The notes: generated by a model from the sequence alone, not told the origin. Positions 26,965-38,567 are shown, counted from the first letter of the stretch. The stretch: 64,000 nt of DNA from Cyanophora paradoxa CCMP329 (GCA_004431415.1 QPMI01000520.1:248001-312000), one strand, 5' to 3'. Numbers and translations: made by a program.

Positions 26965-27252
26965 ATGCGAGACGCCGCCGCGGATGCGGAGCCGCTCGCG
27001 GCGCGCTCGGCGGTGCTGCGCTCGGCCGTGCTCGCGCCGCGGGACCTCTCCATGGTCTCCGAGCGAGCCGCGCGCCGCGAAGGAAATCCCGGAGGATGCT
27101 CGTCCTCATTCAACGGAGCGGGCTCAGAGTCGCCGTCAAGCGAGCCCGAGCCGCGCGTAGCGATGGAGCGCGAGCTGCCAGAGGGCGGCCTGCTCGCTTG
27201 GCTCGTGGTCATCGCCTCCTTCATCGTGCACGTCTGCGTCTTCGGCATGCAC
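26965..27252 (+). pseudogene. Monocarboxylate transporter (SLC16/MCT, MFS) exon 1, 5' half of an interrupted gene
   Basis: PEGGLLAWLVVIASFIVHVCVFGMH matches the MCT TM1 motif PDGGWGWVVV.ASF; followed by GTGCGC donor; continuation lies ~20.5 kb downstream. Confidence 0.85.
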
Positions 27253-27359
27253 GTGCGCTCACCCAGCATCCGAATTCTGGTTCGTTCCGGTTTAGCTAGC
27301 TAGATCCACTCCAGCAGTTAACGTTAATAAGTTGACTTTGTTGTACGATAATAACGTTA

Positions 27360-29174
27360 TGCTACATAGTAGATTAACCCATGTTCCCCTTGGAAGAAAA
27401 TTCCGTTTAGTACTACGGCAGACTCAAACTGCCAGCATTGAGAGCGGTGCGAACAGTCAAAGTCACTGACTGGACTGTGCTCCATGGGTGGTCCAGCCTG
27501 GGCTGCCAACAGTCGTGCCAGCATGTTTGGTAAGTGGGGAACTTGTGAATCGCAGGCCAGTGGTTGAGTTGTCGCTCTCATTGGTATACTCAATTCGATA
27601 TGCACTTGAAGGCTGCCAGTGCTGCCTTGACTCACTGTGGTCACTGAGACAGGCTCCACATGAGAAGGAAAAGTCACTGAGTGATGTATGACTCTGTGAC
27701 TTCTTAAAAAAAGTAGCGGCAGCCGCTGCCCTTGCCAGTGAGCTTGGAAGTATGAAGTGGGAAGATCTGCCACAGAGTGGAGTTTTGTGGCTGAAATTGG
27801 GTATCCGGCAGTTCTGTCAATGGAAAGTCCCTTTAGTGCTGTGGTGCACTTGATTGCTCAGTGCCGATTCAGAACCAGTTCGATTCTTGGCAAACAATAA
27901 ATAATACATTAAACATCTTGGCATGTACAACAAAAAGAAAAGCATATGTTCCACAATGTACAAACAACAAAACAAGACAAAAAACAAAAAAACACAACAC
28001 TAACACAACGTTCACACATTCACAACAAACAAAACAGAAACTTGCCAAATTGAAATTGAAGAGATTGTACTTGCATTGTTTGTTTAACATCTAGATCAGT
28101 GGCATCTAGATCTTTACATTGATCATGATGCATGCATTATTCATCATGGCATCATTGCATGCATAAAATATTGTTGCGTGTTACATGCATGAAATAAAAT
28201 GATCAATGATTGACTTGTTCATGATCAATTCTTCTACAACCTTGCCAGGTTGTTTTTGCCAAGTTGCCAATTGAAGTGTTCAATTCTTAAGCTTCTTGCA
28301 ATTGTTCATGATCAGTGCCGCAATGTGTTGCCAGGCTAGATAGCTGGCAAGGTGGTGTATTGGGGTACAGGCAGACTGAGGTACAGGGGTACAAAGCTAC
28401 AGGGACTTCGACAGTATATCACTGCTGCAATACATGTTAACGTTCAAGCTTCTTGCCCACTTTCCTGCTAAGGATTGCCCTTGCTTTGCCAGCCATGGCC
28501 AGTATTTAACACCAAAACTCGATGTTCGATGACAGATCTAGAACATAAATGATCAAAACTTTGAAATACGTATACATTGCATGTGCTTCTTTTGTATTGT
28601 TTTGTGATCACTTCATTGTTTCTGGATCTGTTCTGAAATGCTCTCTTCTTCAGTGCTTCAGCTTCATTTTCGTTCTTTGTAATACGATTGATCATGAACC
28701 ACAAGAGATTCATGTGTGCAATTTCAAACTTCTTGCAATTGTTCAGTGCTTTAGCTCTTCTTCTCATCTTCCTGGCTAAAGCTATAGCTATAGCTAAGAA
28801 TATCAAATCGCCCTTTAATTTCTTTGCCAGCCAAGAATTAAACACCAATTGCAAAGCACTGTGTTTCATGACAAACCATAAATGATGAAGCCTCGCTTTG
28901 GACTACATTGCATCTCGTGCATTGTTTCCAGATTACATGATCAGTGTTTAATTTCTACATCTTCCATGCACTCACATCTGTGTTCTTTATGTTCAGTGCT
29001 TCAGCTTCTTCTGTTCTGTCTTTACAACTTTAGTACTTCATTCTCATTCTTTGTTCAATTAATAAGTAGTAGTAGTAGAAGTAGTACGTAGAAGAAGAAG
29101 AATAGACCACAAGAAATCAAAGACTCCTAAATAACACTGGGGGGGTGCGGGGGGGCGGAGCCCCCCTGCTTGTG
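27360..29174 (+). repeat. 1813-bp AT-rich unit, copy 1 (intact), ending in a GC hairpin; putative non-autonomous rolling-circle element
   Basis: Repeated head-to-tail at +1813 (left part) and +10527 (right part); begins and ends with TG; no convincing coding capacity. Confidence 0.9.
29147..29169 (+). other. Terminal hairpin GCGGGGGGGC-GGA-GCCCCCCTGC (also at 39674-39696)
   Basis: 10-bp stem with one G-T pair and a GGA loop, 5 nt from the unit end. Confidence 0.8.
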
Positions 29175-29862
29175 CTACATAGTAGATTAACCCATGTTCC
29201 CCTTGGAAGAAAATTCCGTTTAGTACTACGGCAGACTCAAACTGCCAGCATTGAGAGCGGTGCGAACAGTCAAAGTCACTGACTGGACTGTGCTCCATGG
29301 GTGGTCCAGCCTGGGCTGCCAACAGTCGTGCCAGCATGTTTGGTAAGTGGGGAACTTGTGAATCGCAGGCCAGTGGTTGAGTTGTCGCTCTCATTGGTAT
29401 ACTCAATTCGATATGCACTTGAAGGCTGCCAGTGCTGCCTTGACTCACTGTGGTCACTGAGACAGGCTCCACATGAGAAGGAAAAGTCACTGAGTGATGT
29501 ATGACTCTGTGACTTCTTAAAAAAAGTAGCGGCAGCCGCTGCCCTTGCCAGTGAGCTTGGAAGTATGAAGTGGGAAGATCTGCCACAGAGTGGAGTTTTG
29601 TGGCTGAAATTGGGTATCCGGCAGTTCTGTCAATGGAAAGTCCCTTTAGTGCTGTGGTGCACTTGATTGCTCAGTGCCGATTCAGAACCAGTTCGATTCT
29701 TGGCAAACAATAAATAATACATTAAACATCTTGGCATGTACAACAAAAAGAAAAGCATATGTTCCACAATGTACAAACAACAAAACAAGACAAAAAACAA
29801 AAAAACACAACACTAACACAACGTTCACACATTCACAACAAACAAAACAGAAACTTGCCAAA
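29173..29862 (+). repeat. 1813-bp unit copy 2, left part (up to the LINE)
   Basis: Matches 27360-28049 (same ORFs at offset 1813). Confidence 0.95.
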
Positions 29863-30147
29863 CATGCTGCCCCGTGTCGTACCCCCCCGGATCTGGCGAG
29901 GCACGCAGCAGCACAGCAGCAGCAGCGCGGAGCGTGGTGCGCACTTATTCTTATCTTATGCGTCGTTCTGAGACTCTCCTGCCCTTGGGCACCTACAATC
30001 TGCCGCGAGGCACCTATCCCTGTCCTTCTCGCACCTATCCCTGCAGTTTCGCTTGATCTACGTGCCAATGCGCATCACATGACGCGTTTTCCGCTTGCGT
30101 CACTGCGCGCTCCTGACCGCTACTCTGCGTCGGCAGTTTTGACCGTT

Positions 30148-32664
30148 ATGGCTGACGAAGACTGGTCTTCCTTGCAGCAAGGCGCATCGTCTGGCGGACG
30201 CAATAAGACTGAGCGAACTCATTTTATGTCGTTCTGGCACAAGCCCGATCGTTCTGCGAGGCGTCATTCTGTGTTTGCTGCTCCGGCCGCGGAGAGGCAC
30301 CTTCTTGGTCAGGAGCTCAATCATGCCTCGGGAGTGCCGACTCAGCTCCGCTTCCGCTTCCCGTTGGATCCTGCCAGGGCGCGAATCACTGAACCTGATG
30401 ATGTGCGCAAGGTCCAAGGTTCCTATCGTTCAAAGGAGATGATTTCTCGTGCTCGGGAACTCTCACGGCACATGCAGTCGACCCCATTTCAGCGCCCCGG
30501 CACTCCTGGCATCTCGCTTGACCCCAAACTGAACCCTGACAAGAACACTCTGGACGTCACTGTCGATTTTCACTCCCCAGACCATGGCGTCCTTCAATCC
30601 TACTCGGCTTTTTATGGCACCTTCGACAAACTTATAGAACTTTTCCCTACCATAGTCTCAGACCTCTATCCCCGTGGACACCGCTATAAGCTGTTCCTCC
30701 ACCATCAGACTGTGACTGATTTTGTTCGGGCCAATTCTGTTGCTGGTGTCCCTTCCTCGGTCCCAGCCCTTGCTTCTAGCTGGTCATCAAAGCCAGGAGA
30801 GCCTGAGCCCCACGTCCTTCTTGAGCTGTCCATCAACCTTCCTCCCTCGGCGAAGCCCGACCACCCATTCTTCTCAGCAGCCTCGATGGAATCTGATGAG
30901 TTCATCCAAACTGTCCTTGTCTCTATTCAGGATGCCTTGTCCCAGCCGAATGGCGTACTGGTCTCCAGTGACTCTCCCACAAACTTGCATCTTGACACCC
31001 TCCTTGACCGTATTCGGCTTCGTGAGACCAACCCTGACACTAGCCTTGGCGACCATGTTGTGATCCTTCCTTTCTCTGACCCGGCCCCAACTATTCTCTG
31101 TGCTGTGGCTGCTCACAAACTTGAGGGCTTCCGTCTTAAACACAAGGGTGTCGCGTATGACCGACGTCTGCATCCGAACAATGACTACAACTTTACTGTG
31201 AAATGTGAGCCTGAGGTGGCGCCTTTCCCGGAAATTGTGCATGGTGGAGACTATCGCGTGGCCAACCGAGCTATCTGCCCGATCATGCTAATTGTGTCTG
31301 TCCCACGGTCGAACTTTTTAGTCCGCCATGTCCTCTCTCGTGACAAGGACTACCCTTTTGGCAATAATGGCATCAAATCTGTCATCTTTCCTGTTGAGGA
31401 TTCCCTGCTGGCCTTCAATCTCAACTTCTTGGATGCTGACTACCCCTCTGTTTTGTACAACATCTCTCAAGCTCGGACTGGTGCCTCTGTGCCTGAGGCT
31501 GTTGCGGAGCCGTGTAATTACACTCCTTTCTACTCGTGCCGACCTGAATGTGAATTCCATGATAAGTCGTTCTGTCTTATCCCGGCCAAGGATGATCAGT
31601 CTTTCTTTTATCATGTCAACCGTGATCCCGTCATCTATCACCTGCCAATGAGCCTGCGGAATGAGATTCTTGCCTTCCACGGTGATGAATCTGCTCTTGC
31701 CTCGGCTCTCCCTCCGGTGCTCATACTCATGCTCTCTCTATTTCGGCCTCTCTCTTTCGTAACCTCTTTTCCTTATGTTGTACTCTTGCAGAATGACCCT
31801 CGTGATCGTATGCCAGCTGCCCGACCTGCAGCAGCTCCTGCTTCATCAGCCTTACCGCGGCCTGCCCTGTCTGCTTCCGCTGCCCAGACCAAAGGAGCCC
31901 CTCCTCGCCCTCCTGCTCCTGCGCCGTCCGTGTCTGCTGTGCAGCCAGCTCCAGCTTTGGCTCCTGCCCCATCTGCTGGCTCGCCTCCGGATCCCATGCT
32001 GCTTGCAGTTGTTAAAGCCTTGGACCCCGCTCAACTTGCTGTTCTGGCTGCCACCAACCCTCCTATTGCACACTTCTTGATGACCTACGGACACCTGGTT
32101 TCCGCGTACTCTTCTTCTTCTTCCGCTGCCCCGGCGTCATCTGGTCCTGCTGCCCCCTTGTCTGCCGCTTCGCCTGCTGGCTCGCGTGACGTCCCCAAGC
32201 GCACTCGTGACTCCGACCTCGAGCCCACTGCCTCTGAGTTGCCTGATGCTCCTCCCTCTCTGGCACCCCCGCAAAAGACGCAAGTGACAGCTGCAAACTC
32301 CATGCTTCCGCGCCCTTTGCACGTCCCTGCAACCTCTCCTGCTCGGTCTGTCCTCTCTTGTGCTTTTGCTCTCTCCCCCCTGACTTTACCTACTGCTCTC
32401 TCAGTAAAAGTGGTCAGATTAAACCTGCGAAGCCCTCTGGTTCGGCAGCTGAGACCCAAAGTGATTCCATTGAAATTCGCAGCTACTATGCAGCCCTTGT
32501 CAACCAGCCACAGAAGTAGCCTTTTAACTGCACATGATCTTATTTTGAATTTTCTCCTGGCTTCCAATTGCAATGTACCTCCCTTGCCTCGTTGCCCACT
32601 GCTTGCAGAGCCCAGCCCCACAGACCAGATCCGTCCCTTGCGTGCACCCCCGTGGCCTGATTAA
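30148..32664 (+). CDS. LINE ORF1 (gag-like/nucleic-acid-binding); probable start MADEDW; may be spliced and end at 32519
   Basis: Long open frame upstream of ORF2; Cys/His cluster CRPECEFHDKSFC; Pro/Ala-rich tail. Confidence 0.7.
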   Translation: MADEDWSSLQQGASSGGRNKTERTHFMSFWHKPDRSARRHSVFAAPAAERHLLGQELNHASGVPTQLRFRFPLDPARARITEPDDVRKVQGSYRSKEMISRARELSRHMQSTPFQRPGTPGISLDPKLNPDKNTLDVTVDFHSPDHGVLQSYSAFYGTFDKLIELFPTIVSDLYPRGHRYKLFLHHQTVTDFVRANSVAGVPSSVPALASSWSSKPGEPEPHVLLELSINLPPSAKPDHPFFSAASMESDEFIQTVLVSIQDALSQPNGVLVSSDSPTNLHLDTLLDRIRLRETNPDTSLGDHVVILPFSDPAPTILCAVAAHKLEGFRLKHKGVAYDRRLHPNNDYNFTVKCEPEVAPFPEIVHGGDYRVANRAICPIMLIVSVPRSNFLVRHVLSRDKDYPFGNNGIKSVIFPVEDSLLAFNLNFLDADYPSVLYNISQARTGASVPEAVAEPCNYTPFYSCRPECEFHDKSFCLIPAKDDQSFFYHVNRDPVIYHLPMSLRNEILAFHGDESALASALPPVLILMLSLFRPLSFVTSFPYVVLLQNDPRDRMPAARPAAAPASSALPRPALSASAAQTKGAPPRPPAPAPSVSAVQPAPALAPAPSAGSPPDPMLLAVVKALDPAQLAVLAATNPPIAHFLMTYGHLVSAYSSSSSAAPASSGPAAPLSAASPAGSRDVPKRTRDSDLEPTASELPDAPPSLAPPQKTQVTAANSMLPRPLHVPATSPARSVLSCAFALSPLTLPTALSVKVVRLNLRSPLVRQLRPKVIPLKFAATMQPLSTSHRSSLLTAHDLILNFLLASNCNVPPLPRCPLLAEPSPTDQIRPLRAPPWPD

Positions 32665-32666
32665 AT

Positions 32667-35600
32667 ATGGTTAACATTGCATCAATAAATGTGGGCGGGC
32701 TCAATAGTCCCAGCAAGCTGCAGACCTTTGTGGAACGTTGCAGGAAGTTCGCCGTTGCTCACAAGATAGACATTCTCTGCTTACAGGAAACGAAGTTACG
32801 GGAATTTGATGACGCTGGTCACCCTTTGGGAAAACTTGCGAAGATTGCCGCTGCCTGGCGAGGCCCGTTCTTCCACTCTGCTCCTACTCAATCCCGCTCC
32901 ACTGGTGTTGCCATAATGGTCACGCCCTTCTTTGCTGCACAGCACGAGGTTACACTTGCTCGTCAGGACTCTGATGGACGTTTTATTTCGGTCTCTGTTG
33001 CGTACAAGGCGTCGGGTTCCTTCCCTGCTACGACCGTACTCTTGGCTTGCGTCTATGCCCCTGCTAGTGACAACAGGGACCGCCGTGAGTGGTGGCAATC
33101 TTGTGTGCACGCTGGGTATCTCTCCGCTACTGTGCCTATGCTTCTGATCGGAGACTGGAATCACCGCACCCCGAAGCCCAATTCCCTGCAGCGCTCGTAC
33201 CTTCACACAACGATGACTTCCCACCAGCTTGATGATCTTGCGAACCATGCTCCACCGCCTCCTGCCGGCGGAACTGCTTCAGCTTTTGCCCCAACTTATT
33301 CACGAATTGTTAGCCTTAAAGCTGTAAACTCGCGCCTCGACTTTGCTCTTGCAACCAAGTGGTTCCAGCGTCGCCTTGCCACGTACTCGCTCCTAGCGCC
33401 ATCCGATGCGCTCCATCTTCAGCTTGACCACCGCATTGTTGTTCTCTCCTTTTCAGGCCCTCGTGTGCACCGTCATTTGCCCCGGTCCCGCGTGCAAGCG
33501 TTCCCGTATGACTTCGTCAGCAACCTGCCCGGACAGTATTCTCAGCGCGGCGATCCAGTCTGCCTCGACCCTGCTCTGCGCAAACGCACGGAAACGCACT
33601 TGACCCAATTCCTGAGCACTATCCTTCAAGCGCGCGGTGAAGGCGAGGTCGTCTCGGATGCCTCTGTCTTCGACGATACTTGGCGCGTATTCTGTAAGCG
33701 GCTCTGCAAGATGGCGCGTAAGCACAGAGCGCACGTGATTAGCAAGCTTTACACGCATGAGCGCGCGGCGTACAAAGCGCTGGGCAACGTTGAAATGAAG
33801 ATCTACCGCTTGCCGCCCGGCTCCGATGCTGTCGCGCTGTACCGCGAGCGCACCCAGCGGCTTGAATCCCTGCGCGAACTTCAGAAGAAGGTCTCTCTCA
33901 GCAATCGCCAGCTTGCCAGGCTTCAGCACCGGCTTACATTCGAAAGCGGCTCTAAGCGTGACTGGGCGCGGCTCGCCAAGCCCTCCTCCATTGTCCCCCC
34001 GCCGCTGCACTTCACCTCGGATGGTCCCACTGTTATCACTGTTGAGCCTGGCGCGGTTGCGAACTATTTGGCTAGAAAGCTTGTAGAACTGGGCGCTCCT
34101 ACCCCTGCTTTCCTGTTGACTCAGACCTCTATCCTCGACGCTCTCTGCCCCCCTCCTGAACCCCCCGAGGACCCTACTGTTGATATCCCCCTTCCGGCGT
34201 CTCCGGATAATCCCTCCGCTGCCGCTTTCATTCAACAATTTGTGGACGATATCTTGCCCCATGTTCAGGGGACTGTCCCGCCTGTTTGGCGCACTCAGAC
34301 TAATATCTCTCCTGACGACGTAGCGTTCTCTATCAGTAAAGCGTATGCCCATGGGGCACCAGGTCCTGATGGAATTCCTGTTGGCATTTTTAAGATGCAC
34401 ACAAAGCCCTGGTCTGTTTTCCTGGCTGCCTACTTTCAAAAGATCGCCGTTCAAGGCTTCCTTCCTGACTTTATGCGCGACTTGACCTACACTTTCATCT
34501 GGAAGCGGTCAGGCTTGCCCACTGATGCTTCGAAATACCGACCTATTGGAGTTTCTAACACACTCTTGCGCTTGTTTGAACGGACTATGGTCACAGTAGC
34601 CAATCCGATCTTACAACTCATCATTCCTGAAGATCAGTTCGGTTTCGTGCAAGGTCGGGACGTTCATAAAAATATCTTTGCAGTGCTGGCAACGTATACA
34701 CGCATCCGCTATGCCAATTATGACTGTGTTATCGGGTTTGACTCTGATCTGAAGTCTGCGTACGATCTCTTGCTTTGGGTTATTATGGCGCTTGTTCTCC
34801 ATGTTCAACAGTGGCCCTGGCTTATCCGGCGAATGCACCACTGCCTGTACAACCCCAGAGCCCCCCTCCGTGCACGTGTATTTGTGAATGGGCTATTCTC
34901 TTCTGTGTTCTCACGTCTTGTGGGCACCATTCAAGGTGGTCCCTGGAGCCCGGTTTCCTTCATTCTCTCGATCAGCCCTCTACGCTCTCTCTTGCTCTCA
35001 CTCACTGATATACCCCGCCCTGTTGGCACCCCCCTTGTCCAGTTTGCTGATGATATTTATCAGCTATTCCTGCTCCGCGCCCAGGGGCTATCTCTGCGTG
35101 ACTCCCTCTTAGCAATCCATGCACGGTTCGGCTCTTTCAAACCACTCTCTGGTCAACATCTCTCTATGGAGAAATCTCTGGCCATCGTCCTACGGGAACT
35201 TGCTGCCTCACCGTTGGATCTCGATCCGGCCGATCCCTTGCCATTCCCTGTTCTCCGCGTCGCTGAGCTTGATCCTGCTTGTCATAAGCAGCTCGGTTTC
35301 CCTCATCAGCTCCTTCTGGATCGCGAGCACCATCCGTCTTGGAACATGATTCAACATAAAGCGACCTTCTTTATGGAGACAGCTGTCGATTTCCAGTCGT
35401 CCCTTCTTGGACGTGGTCGCATCGCCTATGCTTTTTGTCAGGGGGTCTTAAGCTTTTATATCCGTGCGGTTCCAGCACCTCCTAAGATCCTCCGGGCTAT
35501 TTCAAAGAATTTACAGACCTTTGTCTGGAAACGTTCTTCAAATTCCGATGCGTTCATCTTACCCCATCAGGGCATGACCACTGCTTCGTGTCGACCTGTA

Positions 35601-38297
35601 TTTCTCGGCGGTCTCGGAGCGCCCTCCCCCGAACACTTCCAGCTCGCCTTTGCCGCAAACTCTTTGGAATCGTGGCTTGCTTCCCCGGCATCTCTTCCTG
35701 GTCGAGAAATTATTGAGGCGTTCACGGAAAACGGTGGCTTTGGGCTCTGGCTTCCTTTTCTCAACAGGACTGATCGCCTGGTTAAGCCTTTGTGGCCTCC
35801 ACCTGCTGACCCATTCTTTGCCATCTTCGACGCTTGGCGGACTATTTTCGATGTCAAGAAACCACGCTGCGCTTGGGATTTCCTGTGTATGCCGATCATG
35901 CACCCTTGGTATAAGAAAGACACGTACTATGAGCGTGATTTCACTTTCACGTTGCTCTTCCGTCTCGGCTTCCGTTTCAACTATCAAATCTGGGACTTCT
36001 CTGGGGAACATACTCTCTATGTCGAGCCCTCCTATCCCGAGCAACTGCGCGACCAGCTGCATGCGCTCAATAATCGACTTGCACAAGAGGTCTGGCGCTG
36101 TGGTCGCACTGCAGACTGGAAACACGAACCTGGAGGTCTCGCTATTGGCCCTTTTTCGAAACTTGCTGCTGAACGCGTCTCACTTCAGGGCGTAGCTCTC
36201 TGTCGCGTTCGCCTTCTTCCTGACACACAGCTCGCTTTCCATGAGATTGACGTGCCCTGCAGTACTTCGCTTGACAGTCCCGTTGCCCTCCCCGATGTAC
36301 TTGCGATCCGGCCCGCGGCCCGTGCGATCGACTTCATTCCCGTGCCTGCGCATGCGCTTAGCCTTGTTAAGAATGCTTGCAAGTTGTCCCCCATGCCTGC
36401 ACTCGTCCGGTTCCTCATGAACTCGTTACAGCTTTCCGACCTTGCACTCCGTCCGCTGCCTCCGTCGTCTTCCCGTACGTTTGCGTTCCACTCTGACCGT
36501 GAGAACATCAATGATCGCTCAAAGGAAGAGCTGCGCCTCTCTAAGTCGGTTGCGTACAAGCTGCCTGCTGCCCCGTCGCGTTTCACGGTTCACGACGTGT
36601 ACAAGTACCTTTCCTCCCACGCTTTCATGGCGCCGACGACCGCTGAGACTAAGTGGCGTGCTGATCTCTCCCCAAAGTTCCTCTGGCCGCCGGGCTACGA
36701 TGCGCGCACTGATCGCTTTCCCTGGTTCAACACGGTGATTCCCGACCTCCGCTATGCTCTCACGCAGCGCGTCCTTGATGGCTACTTTGCACTGCGCTAC
36801 AACGCTCTTCGCACATCGTCCCGCATCGCTGATATGGCTGCGCGCTCTGTTCTTCAGCGTCCTGCTTCGGCAAATTTGTTTGACAGTGAGCTCCTCTCCT
36901 CGCTATGTCCGGTCTGCCACCGGCGCTGCAATGCGCTGCACGTTTTCGTTCTCTGCCCTGTTGTGCAGCAGTTTTGGTCGCTCATCTTCCATGCCCTGCA
37001 GCTCCACCCGATGCCCATTCCTTCCGCTCGCTTTGTTGCCTGGTTGCTTACTGGCTCGGTCCGTTTTGCTGACAGCTGGATGTTCTTGCAGAACTGGGAG
37101 TGGCAGGTTGTTCGGATTCTTGGATTGCACGTCATTCTCCGCTCGTATTGTCTGGCCTATCGAGCAGGTCGCACTGAAGCTGCGGCCACGTTTGCAATGG
37201 ACCCTAACACACAGCTGCCCCTTACACCTTCCTCCAAGACGGGCTTGAAGGCCGCTACTCTGATGACTGCCTTGTTCCGCGAACTGGACGATTTCATGGA
37301 CATGCTTCCTCGCCGTTTACCTCGATTTAAAGTCACCTATGTCCGTGGGTATTTCCGTTTCATCTCTACTGCTGACCCCTCTCATTCTTCATTCTACGCT
37401 AATCTTTTAGACGCTGCTCGTACTTATGACCATTCCCTAGCCTCTTATGAGCACTGTGAACACATTGCTCAGCCTGCCCCTAGCCCCGATCTAGCCCCTA
37501 GCCCCCTTGTGGCACAGTTTCCTTATGCCAGTGCGCGGCCTGTCCTGCTGCAGCGTCTTGAAAAGGAGGATCTTGAAGGCTATATGTCCCCTCCTGACAA
37601 CGGCTCAGACTCCTCTGACCTTTCCGACCTTGGCCCTGATGATCCTGGTGATTCCTCCAGTAGTACCTCATCGGATGATGACGACCCCCCTGGTGGACCC
37701 GACCCTGCCCCTGACCCTGGTCCTGTGGCTCACTCACCCCCTCACCCGCTGCCACCTCACCCGCCGCCCGATATTGACTCGGAGGATGAGCCGCCTCTTC
37801 AACGCCGTCGTGTTGGTGCTTCAGCGTTTGGTCTTGATGCTGCTATAGATGATACAGGTTCACCTCCGCCCTCTCCTCAAGATATCATCTATGTGGATGA
37901 CACTGAGCTTGCCCCTGATCTGCTGCCGATCTCTCCTATCCGAATCGACGCTGTTGATGTTGAGCCCGACTTCACGAGTCATGCTGTCATTGCTTCCCCA
38001 GCTCCTCCCTCTTCTGCCCCTCTGCTGTCTTCTGCGCCTATGACGCCCATGGATACTGATCCTCTTTCTCCTTCTATTGTCCCGCCTAAGCGTCGTCGAG
38101 TGTCTTCTCCAGACCCTGGTGCTCTGGATCATGGTGATAACATTCCTGGTGTCCCACCTCAGGTTTCTTTCAAACGCTTGCGGCCTTCACCTCCCCCAAC
38201 TCTCCCATCCGCTGCCCCTATGGATCTTGCTGATGACCCAGGTTCCCCAATGGTGCTTATCTCTGACGAAGAGGCTGATGACATGACTGATGGCTGA
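32667..38297 (+). CDS. LINE ORF2: AP endonuclease + reverse transcriptase + zinc finger, 1876 aa
   Basis: APE: SINVGGL, DILCLQET, GVAI, DGRF, VYAP, GDWN, SRLD, DH. RT: APGPDG, YRPI, QFGF, DLKSAYD, GTIQGGPWSP, FADD. Zn finger CPVCHRRCNALHVFVLCP; acidic/Pro-rich C-tail. Confidence 0.97.
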   Translation: MVNIASINVGGLNSPSKLQTFVERCRKFAVAHKIDILCLQETKLREFDDAGHPLGKLAKIAAAWRGPFFHSAPTQSRSTGVAIMVTPFFAAQHEVTLARQDSDGRFISVSVAYKASGSFPATTVLLACVYAPASDNRDRREWWQSCVHAGYLSATVPMLLIGDWNHRTPKPNSLQRSYLHTTMTSHQLDDLANHAPPPPAGGTASAFAPTYSRIVSLKAVNSRLDFALATKWFQRRLATYSLLAPSDALHLQLDHRIVVLSFSGPRVHRHLPRSRVQAFPYDFVSNLPGQYSQRGDPVCLDPALRKRTETHLTQFLSTILQARGEGEVVSDASVFDDTWRVFCKRLCKMARKHRAHVISKLYTHERAAYKALGNVEMKIYRLPPGSDAVALYRERTQRLESLRELQKKVSLSNRQLARLQHRLTFESGSKRDWARLAKPSSIVPPPLHFTSDGPTVITVEPGAVANYLARKLVELGAPTPAFLLTQTSILDALCPPPEPPEDPTVDIPLPASPDNPSAAAFIQQFVDDILPHVQGTVPPVWRTQTNISPDDVAFSISKAYAHGAPGPDGIPVGIFKMHTKPWSVFLAAYFQKIAVQGFLPDFMRDLTYTFIWKRSGLPTDASKYRPIGVSNTLLRLFERTMVTVANPILQLIIPEDQFGFVQGRDVHKNIFAVLATYTRIRYANYDCVIGFDSDLKSAYDLLLWVIMALVLHVQQWPWLIRRMHHCLYNPRAPLRARVFVNGLFSSVFSRLVGTIQGGPWSPVSFILSISPLRSLLLSLTDIPRPVGTPLVQFADDIYQLFLLRAQGLSLRDSLLAIHARFGSFKPLSGQHLSMEKSLAIVLRELAASPLDLDPADPLPFPVLRVAELDPACHKQLGFPHQLLLDREHHPSWNMIQHKATFFMETAVDFQSSLLGRGRIAYAFCQGVLSFYIRAVPAPPKILRAISKNLQTFVWKRSSNSDAFILPHQGMTTASCRPVFLGGLGAPSPEHFQLAFAANSLESWLASPASLPGREIIEAFTENGGFGLWLPFLNRTDRLVKPLWPPPADPFFAIFDAWRTIFDVKKPRCAWDFLCMPIMHPWYKKDTYYERDFTFTLLFRLGFRFNYQIWDFSGEHTLYVEPSYPEQLRDQLHALNNRLAQEVWRCGRTADWKHEPGGLAIGPFSKLAAERVSLQGVALCRVRLLPDTQLAFHEIDVPCSTSLDSPVALPDVLAIRPAARAIDFIPVPAHALSLVKNACKLSPMPALVRFLMNSLQLSDLALRPLPPSSSRTFAFHSDRENINDRSKEELRLSKSVAYKLPAAPSRFTVHDVYKYLSSHAFMAPTTAETKWRADLSPKFLWPPGYDARTDRFPWFNTVIPDLRYALTQRVLDGYFALRYNALRTSSRIADMAARSVLQRPASANLFDSELLSSLCPVCHRRCNALHVFVLCPVVQQFWSLIFHALQLHPMPIPSARFVAWLLTGSVRFADSWMFLQNWEWQVVRILGLHVILRSYCLAYRAGRTEAAATFAMDPNTQLPLTPSSKTGLKAATLMTALFRELDDFMDMLPRRLPRFKVTYVRGYFRFISTADPSHSSFYANLLDAARTYDHSLASYEHCEHIAQPAPSPDLAPSPLVAQFPYASARPVLLQRLEKEDLEGYMSPPDNGSDSSDLSDLGPDDPGDSSSSTSSDDDDPPGGPDPAPDPGPVAHSPPHPLPPHPPPDIDSEDEPPLQRRRVGASAFGLDAAIDDTGSPPPSPQDIIYVDDTELAPDLLPISPIRIDAVDVEPDFTSHAVIASPAPPSSAPLLSSAPMTPMDTDPLSPSIVPPKRRRVSSPDPGALDHGDNIPGVPPQVSFKRLRPSPPPTLPSAAPMDLADDPGSPMVLISDEEADDMTDG

Positions 38298-38567
38298 AGG
38301 TTTCACACGTGAGGTCGTGACCAGGACTCCCCCAGGCCGGCATTAGGAAGAGGCCCGCATTGGGATGTCTGTGGTTGCTTTCCGTGTCTGCGTGTATGAG
38401 CGCCGGACCGCCGGGGCATACATGGCAGACCGTAAGGCGTTTGCGCCGCCACTACCCTTGTCTGGTTGGTTCACTGTCGATTGTGCTTCGGGCCTTCGGG
38501 TCCTTCGCCTTTCGTCAAAACCGCACAACCGGCTTGGGCGTGTCTTATACATACTCTTCTTCTTCTT

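Larger units (their letters stand above)
29863..38567 (+). mobile_element. Full-length non-LTR retrotransposon (L1/Tx1-like LINE), 8705 bp
   Basis: Two ORFs (ORF2 = APE-RT-CCHC); (CTT)n tail 38555-38570; TSD CTTGCCAAA at 29854-29862 and 38568-38576; empty site present at 28041-28049. Confidence 0.95.

Noticed and set aside
27357-29091. Small ORFs within the 1813-bp unit
   Set aside because: No recognisable motifs or codon bias; treated as non-coding
29674-30147. N-terminal part of the 996-aa ORF
   Set aside because: It starts at a GTG inside the host repeat, upstream of the LINE boundary (29863); it is chance read-through
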